Assembly (NCBI RefSeq): GCF_044647545.1
Contig: NZ_CP172818.1
Origin: Escherichia coli
GTDB lineage: Bacteria > Pseudomonadota > Gammaproteobacteria > Enterobacterales > Enterobacteriaceae
Reading direction: 5' to 3' (one strand)
Length of the DNA stretch: 64,000 bases
Part shown: positions 23,839-38,259 of the stretch, in pieces
How the letters are laid out: each line of letters opens with the position of its first letter
Position numbering within the stretch: position 1 is the first letter of the stretch
Translations under genes and position numbers: made by a program
Notes under the pieces: generated by a model
Seen by the model: the letters and a program-made list of their open reading frames with translations, nothing else
What the model was told of the DNA's origin: nothing
The model's database searches: none

Positions 23839-23866
23839 AAAAAAACCCGCCGAAGCGGGTTTTTTC
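23839..23866 (-). terminator. Intrinsic terminator after rpsI
   Basis: cccgc-cgaa-gcggg hairpin flanked by A7 and T6 runs. Confidence 0.7.
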
Positions 23867-23897
23867 GCAAATTGTTTTCTGCCGGAGCAGAAGCCAA

Positions 23898-24293
<396 letters not shown>

Positions 24294-24305
24294 CTATAAT
24301 CCCGA

Positions 24306-24821
<516 letters not shown>

Positions 24822-24952
24822 CTACCCCTTCGAATAGCCTATGCCAGCACACAAAAAGTTTTGGGAAAAAAACTTTCTTGTAACGTGGGGTCGCAGGATT
24901 ATAGAGAAGTCGGGGTCAAAGATCGACCCCTTTTTGTGATTTGTGGCAGGTT

Positions 24953-26080
24953 TTAACCCGCTAAATGCTCGCGCTTCAGATACTCTTCGCTTTGCATCTC
25001 TTGCAGACGTGACAGGCAACGCTGGAACTCAAATTTCAGCCGCTCGCCCTGATAAATGTCATATAGCGGCACTTCTGCACTCACCACTAATTTGACATGG
25101 CGCTCGTAAAACTCATCCACCAGCGCAATAAAGCGCCGCGCTTCGCTCTCCATCAACCGCGTCATAACTGGTACATCAAACAACATGACCGTGTGAAAGA
25201 GGCGTGAGAGCGCAATATAGTCATGCTGACTGCGGGCGTCGACGCACAGCGTAGTAAAAGAGACCGCCAGCGTCTGGTTCTCGACGCCCATTGTCGCCAA
25301 TGGCCGATGGTTGATTTCTAATGTCGGTGAATTTTCTCGTTTCGCCCCCGCCAGCGCCAACCATAGTTTATCCATTTGCGCCCGGGTTTCATCGTTGAGG
25401 GGCGAAAGCCACAGATGCGCCTGAGTGAGTGTACGCAGTCGATAATCAACACCAGCGTCCACGTTCATTACATCACAATGCTGTTTAATGGCATCGATTG
25501 CAGGCAAAAAACGCGCACGTTGTAGGCCATTTCGATAAAGTTCGTCCGGCGGAATATTTGACGTCGCTACCAGCGTTATTCCGCGAGCGAACAGGGCTTT
25601 CATCAGGCCGCCAAGTAGCATGGCGTCGGTAATATCAGAAACAAAAAATTCGTCAAAACAGAGCACGTCAGTTTCTGCTTTAAAGCGATCGGCAATAATT
25701 TCCAGCGGATCGGTCTGCCCCTGCAAAGCAGTTAGCTCTTCATGTACCCGCAGCATAAACCGGTGAAAGTGCAGACGCTGTTTCCGCTCTCCCGGCAGGC
25801 TTTGATAGAAAAGGTCCATCAGCCAGGTTTTCCCGCGTCCTACCCCGCCCCACATATATAAGCCACGCACTGGCGTATGCTTTGTGTCTTCGCGTTTACC
25901 CCACAGCTTACCGACCCGCGCCATTAGCCCACTCGTCCTGGGGGCTGGTGGCGTGCTATTGATGAGTTCCTGATAAATAATTTCCAGGCGGCTGACGGCC
26001 TCTTTTTGAACGTCGTCGGGTTGATGGCTGCCTTCATTGAGCGCCTTCAGGTATTGCGATGTTGGGGTAATGCTTTGCAT
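24953..26080 (-). CDS. zapE: Cell division ATPase ZapE (YhcM, AFG1-like)
   Basis: 375-aa ORF with Walker A GGVGRGKT. Confidence 0.93.
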   Translation of the reverse strand: MQSITPTSQYLKALNEGSHQPDDVQKEAVSRLEIIYQELINSTPPAPRTSGLMARVGKLWGKREDTKHTPVRGLYMWGGVGRGKTWLMDLFYQSLPGERKQRLHFHRFMLRVHEELTALQGQTDPLEIIADRFKAETDVLCFDEFFVSDITDAMLLGGLMKALFARGITLVATSNIPPDELYRNGLQRARFLPAIDAIKQHCDVMNVDAGVDYRLRTLTQAHLWLSPLNDETRAQMDKLWLALAGAKRENSPTLEINHRPLATMGVENQTLAVSFTTLCVDARSQHDYIALSRLFHTVMLFDVPVMTRLMESEARRFIALVDEFYERHVKLVVSAEVPLYDIYQGERLKFEFQRCLSRLQEMQSEEYLKREHLAG

Positions 26081-26273
26081 GATCTTATTGTTATTCCTTG
26101 AATAATCGGTGCGCCGTTGTTCACGGTTGACGAAAAAAAGGCCGTTCTACACTACGCGATATGCAGTCGGGATTCCACTTCTGTGGAATTAACGGTTATA
26201 GTGGCATAATCAGCCGCAGGCATGGAGCCTGAAGCCAACACCCTACGGAAACAAAAGACAACGGGAGATGTTC

Positions 26274-26672
26274 ATGACCTGGGAATATGCGCTAATTGGG
26301 TTAGTCGTCGGCATCATTATTGGTGCTGTGGCCATGCGTTTTGGTAATCGTAAACTACGCCAGCAACAGGCGTTGCAGTACGAACTGGAAAAGAATAAAG
26401 CTGAACTGGACGAGTATCGCGAAGAGCTGGTTAGCCACTTTGCCCGCAGCGCGGAATTACTGGATACCATGGCGCACGACTATCGCCAGCTGTATCAACA
26501 CATGGCGAAAAGCTCCAGCAGCCTGCTGCCGGAACTGTCTGCTGAAGCAAACCCGTTCCGTAATCGTCTGGCAGAGTCTGAAGCCAGCAACGATCAGGCA
26601 CCGGTGCAAATGCCTCGCGACTATTCTGAAGGCGCATCCGGCCTGCTGCGTACTGGCGCGAAGCGCGACTAA
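26274..26672 (+). CDS. yhcB: Inner-membrane protein YhcB (ZapG), DUF1043
   Basis: ORF 26268..26672; likely start MTWEYALIGLVVGIIIGAVAMRFG (132 aa); single N-terminal TM plus coiled coil. Confidence 0.9.
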   Translation: MTWEYALIGLVVGIIIGAVAMRFGNRKLRQQQALQYELEKNKAELDEYREELVSHFARSAELLDTMAHDYRQLYQHMAKSSSSLLPELSAEANPFRNRLAESEASNDQAPVQMPRDYSEGASGLLRTGAKRD

Positions 26673-26825
26673 TTTATTTTTCGGGCGCAGCCATTGCGCC
26701 CTCCTCTTCTCTCCCTCCCCGACTATCATTTAATCTGGTGTCTCATTGTTAGCCGTCTGAAAATTCAATAACATCAAACTGTTTTGAATCTCTTTTCTTA
26801 TCATTCAGGTACGAGAGCAGGAATA

Positions 26826-28193
26826 ATGAAAAAACAAACCCAGCTGTTGAGTGCATTAGCGTTAAGTGTCGGGTTAACTCTCTCGGCGTCATTTCAGGCC
26901 GTTGCGTCGATTCCAGGCCAAGTTGCCGATCAGGCCCCTCTCCCCAGTCTGGCCCCAATGCTGGAAAAAGTGCTTCCGGCAGTGGTGAGCGTACGGGTGG
27001 AAGGAACGGCCAGTCAGGGACAGAAAATCCCGGAAGAATTCAAAAAGTTTTTTGGTGATGATTTACCGGATCAACCTGCACAACCCTTCGAAGGTTTAGG
27101 CTCCGGTGTCATCATCAACGCCAGTAAAGGCTATGTGCTGACCAACAACCATGTGATTAATCAGGCACAGAAAATCAGTATTCAGCTCAATGATGGGCGC
27201 GAGTTTGATGCAAAACTGATTGGTAGCGATGACCAGAGCGATATCGCCCTGTTACAAATTCAAAACCCGAGCAAATTAACGCAAATCGCTATTGCCGACT
27301 CCGATAAATTGCGCGTCGGTGATTTTGCCGTGGCGGTCGGTAACCCATTTGGCCTTGGGCAAACCGCCACCTCTGGCATTGTTTCCGCATTAGGCCGCAG
27401 CGGGTTGAATCTTGAAGGTCTGGAAAACTTTATCCAGACAGATGCTTCCATTAACCGCGGTAACTCCGGCGGTGCACTGTTAAACCTTAACGGCGAGTTA
27501 ATTGGCATCAACACTGCAATCCTTGCGCCTGGCGGCGGGAGCGTCGGGATTGGATTTGCCATCCCCAGTAATATGGCGCGAACACTGGCGCAGCAGCTTA
27601 TCGACTTTGGTGAAATCAAACGCGGTTTGTTAGGCATCAAAGGCACCGAGATGAGTGCCGATATCGCCAAAGCCTTCAACCTTGACGTGCAGCGTGGCGC
27701 GTTTGTCAGCGAAGTGTTGCCAGGTTCTGGCTCGGCGAAAGCGGGCGTCAAAGCGGGCGATATTATTACCAGCCTCAACGGCAAACCGCTGAATAGCTTT
27801 GCTGAGTTGCGCTCTCGTATCGCGACCACCGAGCCGGGCACAAAAGTGAAACTTGGCCTGCTGCGTAACGGCAAACCACTGGAAGTAGAAGTGACGCTCG
27901 ATACCAGCACCTCTTCGTCGGCCAGCGCTGAAATGATCACGCCAGCGCTGGAAGGTGCAACGTTGAGCGATGGTCAGCTAAAAGATGGCGGCAAAGGTAT
28001 TAAGATCGATGAGGTTGTCAAAGGAAGCCCAGCTGCTCAGGCTGGCTTGCAAAAAGACGATGTGATCATTGGCGTCAACCGCGATCGGGTGAACTCGATT
28101 GCTGAAATGCGTAAAGTGCTGGCGGCAAAACCGGCCATCATCGCCCTGCAAATTGTACGCGGCAATGAAAGCATCTATCTGCTGATGCGTTAA
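26826..28193 (+). CDS. degQ: Periplasmic serine endoprotease DegQ (HtrA family, two PDZ domains)
   Basis: ORF 26784..28193; likely start MKKQTQLLSALALSVGLTLSA (455 aa); catalytic GNSGGAL motif. Confidence 0.95.
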   Translation: MKKQTQLLSALALSVGLTLSASFQAVASIPGQVADQAPLPSLAPMLEKVLPAVVSVRVEGTASQGQKIPEEFKKFFGDDLPDQPAQPFEGLGSGVIINASKGYVLTNNHVINQAQKISIQLNDGREFDAKLIGSDDQSDIALLQIQNPSKLTQIAIADSDKLRVGDFAVAVGNPFGLGQTATSGIVSALGRSGLNLEGLENFIQTDASINRGNSGGALLNLNGELIGINTAILAPGGGSVGIGFAIPSNMARTLAQQLIDFGEIKRGLLGIKGTEMSADIAKAFNLDVQRGAFVSEVLPGSGSAKAGVKAGDIITSLNGKPLNSFAELRSRIATTEPGTKVKLGLLRNGKPLEVEVTLDTSTSSSASAEMITPALEGATLSDGQLKDGGKGIKIDEVVKGSPAAQAGLQKDDVIIGVNRDRVNSIAEMRKVLAAKPAIIALQIVRGNESIYLLMR

Positions 28194-28282
28194 TGTCGTA
28201 AACCGGGCATCAGGCTGACGTGTGATGTCCGGTTAACTCGTGGTATGCTGCTGCCGTTCCCTTTTTTAATGACGCCTCCATC

Positions 28283-29350
28283 ATGTTTGTGAAGCTCTTA
28301 CGTTCCGTTGCGATTGGATTAATTGTCGGCGCTATTCTGCTGGTTGCCATGCCTTCGCTGCGCAGCCTTAACCCGCTTTCCACTCCGCAATTTGACAGTA
28401 CCGATGAGACGCCTGCCAGCTATAATCTGGCGGTTCGCCGCGCCGCGCCAGCGGTGGTTAACGTTTACAACCGTGGTTTGAACACCAACTCTCACAACCA
28501 GCTTGAGATCCGCACCCTGGGATCCGGTGTAATCATGGATCAACGCGGTTATATCATCACCAATAAACACGTCATCAACGACGCCGATCAGATCATCGTC
28601 GCCTTACAGGATGGACGTGTATTTGAAGCATTGCTGGTGGGATCTGACTCTCTAACCGATCTGGCGGTACTTAAAATTAATGCCACTGGCGGTTTACCTA
28701 CCATTCCAATTAATGCACGTCGCGTACCGCACATTGGCGACGTGGTACTGGCGATCGGTAACCCGTACAACCTCGGGCAGACCATTACCCAGGGGATTAT
28801 TAGTGCCACGGGTCGAATCGGTCTGAACCCGACCGGGCGGCAAAACTTCCTGCAAACTGATGCTTCCATTAACCACGGTAACTCTGGCGGCGCGCTGGTG
28901 AACTCGCTGGGCGAACTGATGGGCATTAACACGCTGTCGTTTGATAAGAGTAACGATGGCGAAACGCCGGAAGGTATCGGCTTTGCGATTCCTTTCCAGT
29001 TAGCAACCAAAATTATGGATAAACTGATCCGCGATGGTCGCGTGATCCGCGGCTACATTGGTATCGGCGGACGTGAGATCGCACCACTGCACGCGCAGGG
29101 CGGTGGTATAGATCAACTGCAAGGGATCGTGGTTAATGAAGTGTCACCTGACGGCCCGGCGGCGAATGCGGGTATTCAGGTCAATGATTTGATTATTTCG
29201 GTGGATAACAAACCGGCCATCTCTGCTCTGGAGACGATGGATCAGGTGGCGGAAATTCGCCCTGGCTCGGTGATCCCGGTTGTAGTGATGCGTGATGATA
29301 AGCAGTTAACGCTGCAGGTCACCATTCAGGAATATCCGGCAACCAATTAA
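28283..29350 (+). CDS. degS: Periplasmic serine endoprotease DegS (sigma-E stress sensor)
   Basis: 355-aa ORF with N-terminal anchor, GNSGGAL motif and single PDZ. Confidence 0.95.
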   Translation: MFVKLLRSVAIGLIVGAILLVAMPSLRSLNPLSTPQFDSTDETPASYNLAVRRAAPAVVNVYNRGLNTNSHNQLEIRTLGSGVIMDQRGYIITNKHVINDADQIIVALQDGRVFEALLVGSDSLTDLAVLKINATGGLPTIPINARRVPHIGDVVLAIGNPYNLGQTITQGIISATGRIGLNPTGRQNFLQTDASINHGNSGGALVNSLGELMGINTLSFDKSNDGETPEGIGFAIPFQLATKIMDKLIRDGRVIRGYIGIGGREIAPLHAQGGGIDQLQGIVVNEVSPDGPAANAGIQVNDLIISVDNKPAISALETMDQVAEIRPGSVIPVVVMRDDKQLTLQVTIQEYPATN

Positions 29351-29364
29351 GTCGTGCGCTCAAA

Positions 29365-29397
29365 ACAAAAAACCGGAGTCTGTGCTCCGGTTTTTTA
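29365..29397. terminator. Intrinsic terminator hairpin between convergent degS and mdh
   Basis: ccggag-tctgtg-ctccgg hairpin flanked by A- and T-runs (possibly bidirectional). Confidence 0.7.
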
Positions 29398-29412
29398 TTA
29401 TCCGCTAATCAA

Positions 29413-30426
<1,014 letters not shown>

Positions 30427-30723
30427 TTACAATGACCACATCTCAAGAATGTGTAGTCACGCAAGTTTAGCGTTTATGCATTTAATTGCCGTAATCAGGA
30501 ACCTAACTTACGTAATTAACAGTCGCTTATGCATTAGCGCAACATTCCAACAGGTGGTGACAATATACCCTACCGTTCAGCCAAAACAACATCAATTTGA
30601 TAACAATTAATTTACTTTTAAGCAGAATTTGCATGCCGTGACGCAGGCATGTTTCTCAATAACGAAATTTGATAAAATCCCGCTCTTTCATAACATTATT
30701 TCAGCCTTCTTCAGGGCTGACTG

Positions 30724-30762
30724 TTTGCATAAAAATTCATCTGTATGCACAATAATGTTGTA
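30724..30762 (+). promoter_or_regulatory. Putative tandem ARG boxes (ArgR autoregulatory operator) in the argR promoter
   Basis: tttgcataaaaattcatc / tgtatgcacaataatgtt, ~25-60 bp upstream of the argR start; resembles the ARG box half-site pattern TGAAT-N4-ATTCA (imperfect). Confidence 0.5.
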
Positions 30763-30782
30763 TCAACCACCATATCGGGTGA

Positions 30783-31256
<474 letters not shown>

Positions 31257-31620
31257 TCTCTGCCCCGTCGCTTCTGGCGGCGGGGAAAATGTTGCTTATC
31301 CCTCTCAACCCCCTGCTTTCCCCTGCGATTGATTTAACGAATAGTGCGTTTTACTGCGACATGTCATTCACACAATGAATACATACGGTAAAAAAAGCAC
31401 ATTATGCAAAATTCATTATCTAATTGAAAATACTAGAATTAAAAATAAATAACCGTGTTTTTAATTCTTTTTTGTTATTAAAATTCACATTTTTAACACT
31501 TAGTATCAACTGAAACAGTTAGCGTGGTATTAATTAGTTCAATAATTAGTGTATACTTGATTTTGTGATATGGGTCACGAAACAAAGGCCCAGCTAAAAG
31601 ATTATGTCGAGGTAAAAATC

Positions 31621-31884
31621 ATGAAAATCAAAACCACTGTTGCTGCATTAAGCGTACTTTCTGTTCTCTCTTTCGGTGCATTCGCTGCCGACTCCATTGA
31701 TGCTGCACAAGCACAAAATCGTGAAGCAATCGGGACCGTATCCGTAAGTGGTGTGGCGTCTTCGCCAATGGATATGCGTGAAATGCTGAACAAAAAAGCA
31801 GAAGAGAAAGGCGCAACGGCCTACCAGATTACGGAAGCTCGTAGCGGTGACACCTGGCACGCTACGGCTGAACTGTACAAATAA
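31621..31884 (+). CDS. yhcN: Periplasmic stress-response protein YhcN (DUF1471, YdgH/BhsA/McbA family)
   Basis: ORF 31570..31884; likely start MKIKTTVAALSVLSVLSFGAFA (signal peptide), 87 aa. Confidence 0.88.
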   Translation: MKIKTTVAALSVLSVLSFGAFAADSIDAAQAQNREAIGTVSVSGVASSPMDMREMLNKKAEEKGATAYQITEARSGDTWHATAELYK

Positions 31885-31911
31885 ACCCTCATCGTCTTGT
31901 CCGACGATATT

Positions 31912-31937
31912 GCCCCCGGTTCGGGGGCTTTTTTTTT
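31912..31937. terminator. Intrinsic terminator between convergent yhcN and yhcO
   Basis: gcccccg-gtt-cgggggc hairpin followed by T9. Confidence 0.7.
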
Positions 31938-31940
31938 GCG

Positions 31941-32213
31941 CTAATGACGAACATTAAAACGCAAATGCCCTTCCAGCTCTTCCTCTGCCTCATCAAACAG
32001 CAATATTAACGCGCCAAAACGGCGACGTGTTTTCTCTCCCAGATGAACAAATTCAATCTCAAGTGGTAGCGGCAGGACATCGTTCATTAACACATCCCAT
32101 AGAGAGTCGAGATCGCGTACTTTATCTTTTGCCAGACCAAAGGTTTGGCTAAAGTCGCGATAAAAATCCTCCTGACTCTCAATCTCATCAAAATCAAAGG
32201 TATAAATATTCAT
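31941..32213 (-). CDS. yhcO: Barstar-like protein YhcO
   Basis: 90-aa [45 protein letters not shown]... Confidence 0.88.
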   Translation of the reverse strand: MNIYTFDFDEIESQEDFYRDFSQTFGLAKDKVRDLDSLWDVLMNDVLPLPLEIEFVHLGEKTRRRFGALILLFDEAEEELEGHLRFNVRH

Positions 32214-32304
32214 CTGTTGCCACCGTCACGTTTCGCGGCGAGTTCTGCCGTTCATTGCTAAGTATAGCCATGAAAAAACCGACGCTTTTGGCGTCGGTTT
32301 TGAC

Positions 32305-34272
32305 TTAACTATCGGTCAACGCATGTTGATACTTATGGAGCATACCCGTAAGCCGATGTACTGGTTCCGTCACCTGCGGTGGCGCTTGCCAGATGCGTAG
32401 CTTTTCCTGGTAGATTTCCAGTTCTTCCAGCAACTGGCCAAAGTACCGACGACGTTTATCATCGCTACGGGCAGATATCACATGGTCTGCTGTGCGGCGC
32501 ATTTGCCGGTGAAACGCCGATAAATCCTCGTTAACCGGGATCGGCGCATCACGCAGGCGCTGGTGCGCGATAATCATCGTCAGTGCCAGGCGAAATTTCG
32601 GCAAATCCCCTGGGAACTTATTCATCAGCAAAAACAGCTGCTGATAAAGTGCCGGGAGGTGATTCTCTTTACGACGTGCCACATTGGTAGTCATCGCGGA
32701 AACAGCGGCAGAAACAAACTGATTAAGCAGTACACGTCCAGTCCTGTCGCGCGATTTATCCCGCACCAGCAAAATAACGGTGAACGCGAGCACACAGCCG
32801 ACGATTTGCCCTAATGCGCTGTCGAGAAACTGACTGAAATGGAAAGTCATCGGGTTATCCAGCACGATAATATTTATGGTGCTGGCCAGCGCCCCCATCG
32901 AGCCCAGTCGCCGTTTCTGTACTTCTATACCGAGGAAAAATCCCAGCACTGCCAGGCTAATACACAGCAGCAACATGCTCTGTTGAGTATTAGGGATAAT
33001 CACCAAAAAGTAGAGCAGCCCTAACGGCAGCGCGGCCAGCGTCCCGTAGATAAAGTCGATCGCCACCATGCGTGGATTTGGCAAACGCATTGCCAGTGAC
33101 GTCACTACCGCAATCATCACCATTGCACCACTGCCGGAAGTCCAGCCCGTCCACAGCCAGAAAAGCGTCCCCAGAATGCAGGAAAGTGTGGTTCGCCAGA
33201 AGTTAACCATCGCATGATGACGTTCGGCTGACTCTACTTTGACTTCCGGTTCGCCTTGCAGGATCTCTTCTTCGGTGGCGTTGATTTTTGTGTTACTGAT
33301 AACGCCGCGCTTGAGAAGCTGATAACGCGTTGCCGCCGCGACCCAGCTATAAATGGTAACAGGCGTTTCCCGTTCCCCGGTCCAGGCGATCACTCTCCGC
33401 AGGCGTTTGAGCTGCTTGTGGACGTCCTGCGCGGTTTCTACCGGCGTGTCAAAAAATTCGCGGAAAGTATCAGTGATCAATTCCGGGCGCGTATTCTGAA
33501 TAAGATAAGTTTCGCAGGATTGTGTAATCAGCGTCAGCGATAGCGTATTGATCGCTTTTAAACGTCGATTGGCCCGCGCCCAGCGGGAAGATTCCATATT
33601 CAGGTTGCTGCGCATACCTTGTAACGCCGTAGTACGTCGCACCAGATCGCCCCAGGCTTTATCGACAACTTCACCATCGCCATGTTTGATACAGAGTTGC
33701 ATTAATTGATATTGCGCGACCAGCAAACTTTCCAGCTCTCGATCCACTTCTTGTTTGATCGATCGCGGAGAAAAGAGCAAATCCGCCATAATTGCACACA
33801 CAATACCGATAACGATCTCGCTACAACGTTCGACGGCAAACTGCGGCGTAAGCAATGGTTCCGGCTGAATAGTGATCACAATGATCAGCGCGGTATAACC
33901 TGCCAGCCCCCACGCATACGAGTTTTCTATTCGTACCAGCGAGGATATCCAGGTACAAAAACCGGCCCAGATACAGCACACCAGAATCATCAATAATGGT
34001 GCGCGGATCATCGCAATGATGATTACCAGTCCGGCAATACAGCCAATAAATGTGCCGATGATGCGCAAAAAGCCACGATAGCGAATGGCGCCAGAATACG
34101 GTTCACCTCCCGCAGCAAAGGCCGGACCGGCGGCAACAATCGCCGCTGTCAGTACCGCCCAGCGTGGCGTTTCCAGCTGGAAGTGAAAGCCAACAAACAG
34201 CGCCAGTACAATGGCGGTCGCCAGTTTTACCGCAAAGCGAATATGTTGATTAGCAATGGAGAAAATACCCAT
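32305..34272 (-). CDS. aaeB: p-Hydroxybenzoic acid efflux pump subunit AaeB
   Basis: 655-aa multi-TM ORF; downstream of aaeA in the aaeXAB operon. Confidence 0.93.
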   Translation of the reverse strand: MGIFSIANQHIRFAVKLATAIVLALFVGFHFQLETPRWAVLTAAIVAAGPAFAAGGEPYSGAIRYRGFLRIIGTFIGCIAGLVIIIAMIRAPLLMILVCCIWAGFCTWISSLVRIENSYAWGLAGYTALIIVITIQPEPLLTPQFAVERCSEIVIGIVCAIMADLLFSPRSIKQEVDRELESLLVAQYQLMQLCIKHGDGEVVDKAWGDLVRRTTALQGMRSNLNMESSRWARANRRLKAINTLSLTLITQSCETYLIQNTRPELITDTFREFFDTPVETAQDVHKQLKRLRRVIAWTGERETPVTIYSWVAAATRYQLLKRGVISNTKINATEEEILQGEPEVKVESAERHHAMVNFWRTTLSCILGTLFWLWTGWTSGSGAMVMIAVVTSLAMRLPNPRMVAIDFIYGTLAALPLGLLYFLVIIPNTQQSMLLLCISLAVLGFFLGIEVQKRRLGSMGALASTINIIVLDNPMTFHFSQFLDSALGQIVGCVLAFTVILLVRDKSRDRTGRVLLNQFVSAAVSAMTTNVARRKENHLPALYQQLFLLMNKFPGDLPKFRLALTMIIAHQRLRDAPIPVNEDLSAFHRQMRRTADHVISARSDDKRRRYFGQLLEELEIYQEKLRIWQAPPQVTEPVHRLTGMLHKYQHALTDS

Positions 34273-34277
34273 CGTGA

Positions 34278-35210
34278 TTAACCAAACTCACGCAGGCGAT
34301 GGGCCATTTTACGGAAGAACGAATCCTGGCTTTCGTCGCGATCTTGTTTGCCAGTGACCACCACTGTAGCAGTGGTGCCCGCAGGCCAGATGTTCTCTTG
34401 CTGGTTGTCGAGACGAATACGTACCGGAACACGTTGCGCCAAACGTACCCATTCAAGGTTAGAGTCGATGGTCGCCATCCCTTTGTCGTCACGCGTGCTG
34501 CTGGCGTTGGTGACCCCAGCGGCAACACTATCAACAGTCCCTTTCAGCACTTTGTTACTGCCAAGCGGCGTGATCTCCGCACGATACCCAGGGCGCACCC
34601 CTTCCAGCTTGGTTTCTTCCATATAGGCCAGTACATAGAAAGAGTTCTGTTTCACCAGCGCAACCGCCGTTGATCCACGGGTAATAAACTCACCGGTATA
34701 GACGTTGAGGTTGGTCACCCAGCCATCTGCTGGCGCGCGGATGACTGTACGTTCAAGATCCAGTTTTGCCAGATCGCGGGTCGCCTGCGCTTTCGCTAAC
34801 TGATGCAGAACCGTTTGTAGTACGTTGTTGGCCTGGTCGATCTCTTCGCGAGACATCGCCTGCACACCGAGACGGTTACGACGTCCGGCCTCCTGGCGTT
34901 TCTCCTGTGCCAGTACCTGATAATAAGCAACATCGGCTTGCGCTTCCTCAAGCGCCTTTTGATAGCGCGGCTGGTCGATGATGAACAGTACCTGTCCTTT
35001 TTTCACCAGCTGGTTATCATGAACATTCACCTGGGTGATAAGTCCAGAAACGTCCGGCGCGATCGCAACGACGTCAGCGCTAAAGCGCGCGTCACGCGTC
35101 CAGGGGGATTCGGTGTAATAGACCCAGGCATTAAAAATTGCGATGAAGGCCAGAATGACTAATACGACCGTGATGGCCGTACGGGAGAATTTTCTTATTA
35201 GTGTTTTCAC
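34278..35210 (-). CDS. aaeA: p-Hydroxybenzoic acid efflux pump subunit AaeA (membrane fusion protein)
   Basis: 310-aa ORF with N-terminal TM and HlyD-like coiled coil. Confidence 0.93.
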   Translation of the reverse strand: MKTLIRKFSRTAITVVLVILAFIAIFNAWVYYTESPWTRDARFSADVVAIAPDVSGLITQVNVHDNQLVKKGQVLFIIDQPRYQKALEEAQADVAYYQVLAQEKRQEAGRRNRLGVQAMSREEIDQANNVLQTVLHQLAKAQATRDLAKLDLERTVIRAPADGWVTNLNVYTGEFITRGSTAVALVKQNSFYVLAYMEETKLEGVRPGYRAEITPLGSNKVLKGTVDSVAAGVTNASSTRDDKGMATIDSNLEWVRLAQRVPVRIRLDNQQENIWPAGTTATVVVTGKQDRDESQDSFFRKMAHRLREFG

Positions 35211-35217
35211 TTCAACC

Positions 35218-35421
35218 TCAAACGAACAGTCGCGATATCAAATAAAACAAGCAGCAATAGAGCGCGGTGTTGAACAACGCCGGATGCCAGACAAAGTCGT
35301 AGATACCTGTTGGCACAAGTACCCGGCGCACCAGCCAGAAAATCGCCAGTGATAAAAGCAATTCGAAAAATATCGGTGGGAAGGACAGCCCAAACACCAC
35401 GATAACGGGAAACAGACTCAT
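35218..35421 (-). CDS. aaeX: Small membrane protein AaeX
   Basis: ORF 35218..35490; likely start [33 protein letters not shown] (67 aa). Confidence 0.85.
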
Positions 35422-35570
35422 GTTGACCTTGGTTGTATAGAGAGAGCAGGCGTTATTATTTTCAGCATCTGTCGCCGCAGAGAAGGGCATGGAAAGCCGG
35501 GCGAGAGCAACATTGCTGTAGATTGATATTTAATATATTAGCGTAACTGTTATGCTGTTATCTATATTAT

Positions 35571-35584
35571 GTGATCTAAATCAC
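35571..35584. promoter_or_regulatory. Putative LysR-type (T-N11-A) operator palindrome GTGATCTAAATCAC in the aaeR/aaeXAB divergent promoter region
   Basis: Perfect 14-bp palindrome read directly, located ~20 bp upstream of the aaeR start; assignment to AaeR is inference. Confidence 0.35.
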
Positions 35585-35603
35585 TTTTAAGTCAGAGTGA
35601 ATA

Positions 35604-36533
35604 ATGGAACGACTAAAACGCATGTCGGTGTTTGCCAAAGTAGTTGAATTTGGCTCTTTTACCGCCGCCGCCAGACAGCTACAGATGAGCGTTTCGTCCA
35701 TCAGTCAGACGGTGTCAAAACTGGAAGATGAGTTGCAGGTAAAGCTGTTAAACCGTAGCACACGCAGCATTGGCCTGACCGAAGCCGGTAGAATTTACTA
35801 CCAGGGCTGCCGTCGGATGCTCCATGAAGTGCAGGATGTTCATGAGCAACTGTATGCCTTCAATAACACCCCCATCGGGACGCTGCGCATTGGCTGTTCT
35901 TCAACTATGGCACAAAATGTTCTCGCCGGGCTGACAGCAAAAATGCTGAAAGAATACCCAGGTTTGAGCGTCAATCTGGTTACCGGAATTCCTGCCCCCG
36001 ACCTGATTGCCGATGGTCTGGATGTGGTGATCCGCGTCGGCGCGTTGCAGGATTCCAGCCTGTTTTCCCGCCGTCTGGGCGCGATGCCGATGGTGGTGTG
36101 CGCCGCGAAAAGCTATCTCACACAATACGGCATACCGGAAAAACCCGCCGATTTGAGTAGTCATTCATGGCTTGAATACAGCGTGCGGCCCGACAATGAA
36201 TTTGAACTGATCGCACCGGAAGGGATCTCGACTCGCCTGATCCCACAAGGAAGATTTGTGACTAATGATCCGATGACGCTGGTGCGCTGGCTGACGGCGG
36301 GTGCCGGGATCGCCTACGTGCCGCTGATGTGGGTGATCAACGAGATCAATCGTGGGGAGCTGGAGATCCTGCTGCCGCGTTATCAGTCAGATCCACGCCC
36401 GGTTTATGCGTTATATACCGAAAAAGATAAGCTGCCGCTGAAGGTACAAGTCGTGATCAACTCGCTAACGGATTATTTTGTTGAGGTCGGTAAATTGTTT
36501 CAGGAGATGCACGGGCGCGGGAAAGAGAAGTAA
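35604..36533 (+). CDS. aaeR: LysR-family transcriptional activator AaeR
   Basis: 309-aa ORF with N-terminal HTH (…FTAAARQLQMSVSSISQTVSKLEDEL…). Confidence 0.93.
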   Translation: MERLKRMSVFAKVVEFGSFTAAARQLQMSVSSISQTVSKLEDELQVKLLNRSTRSIGLTEAGRIYYQGCRRMLHEVQDVHEQLYAFNNTPIGTLRIGCSSTMAQNVLAGLTAKMLKEYPGLSVNLVTGIPAPDLIADGLDVVIRVGALQDSSLFSRRLGAMPMVVCAAKSYLTQYGIPEKPADLSSHSWLEYSVRPDNEFELIAPEGISTRLIPQGRFVTNDPMTLVRWLTAGAGIAYVPLMWVINEINRGELEILLPRYQSDPRPVYALYTEKDKLPLKVQVVINSLTDYFVEVGKLFQEMHGRGKEK

Positions 36534-36575
36534 TTAATATTGTACTGTTACGTAGTACAAACCTGTGCCAACGGG

Positions 36576-36612
36576 TTCCCCTCCCCCTAACCCCAGAGGG
36601 GCGAGGGGACCG
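36576..36612. repeat. GC-rich imperfect inverted repeat downstream of aaeR and tldD (ttcccctccccctaaccccagaggggcgaggggacc)
   Basis: Read directly; related to the element at 18729-18759. Confidence 0.5.
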
Positions 36613-36660
36613 TTCGTACACGGAGAAGGATTAATTATCCTTCTGAAAATACTGAAATTA

Positions 36661-38121
<1,461 letters not shown>

Positions 38122-38151
38122 TTAGTTACTGCAGTAGAGGTTTTTACGGCT

Positions 38152-38185
38152 GCCGGATGCGGCGTGAACGCCCTGTCCGGCCTAC
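38152..38185. repeat. REP (repetitive extragenic palindromic) element
   Basis: gccggatgcggcgtgaacgccctgtccggcctac between tldD and yhdP matches the canonical REP consensus. Confidence 0.85.
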
Positions 38186-38259
38186 GGTTATGTTCTGGCT
38201 CGTTGGCCTTTGGCAACGATTATCCTATGAGATTGGGGCAATTACGCGCCCTCGTCAAA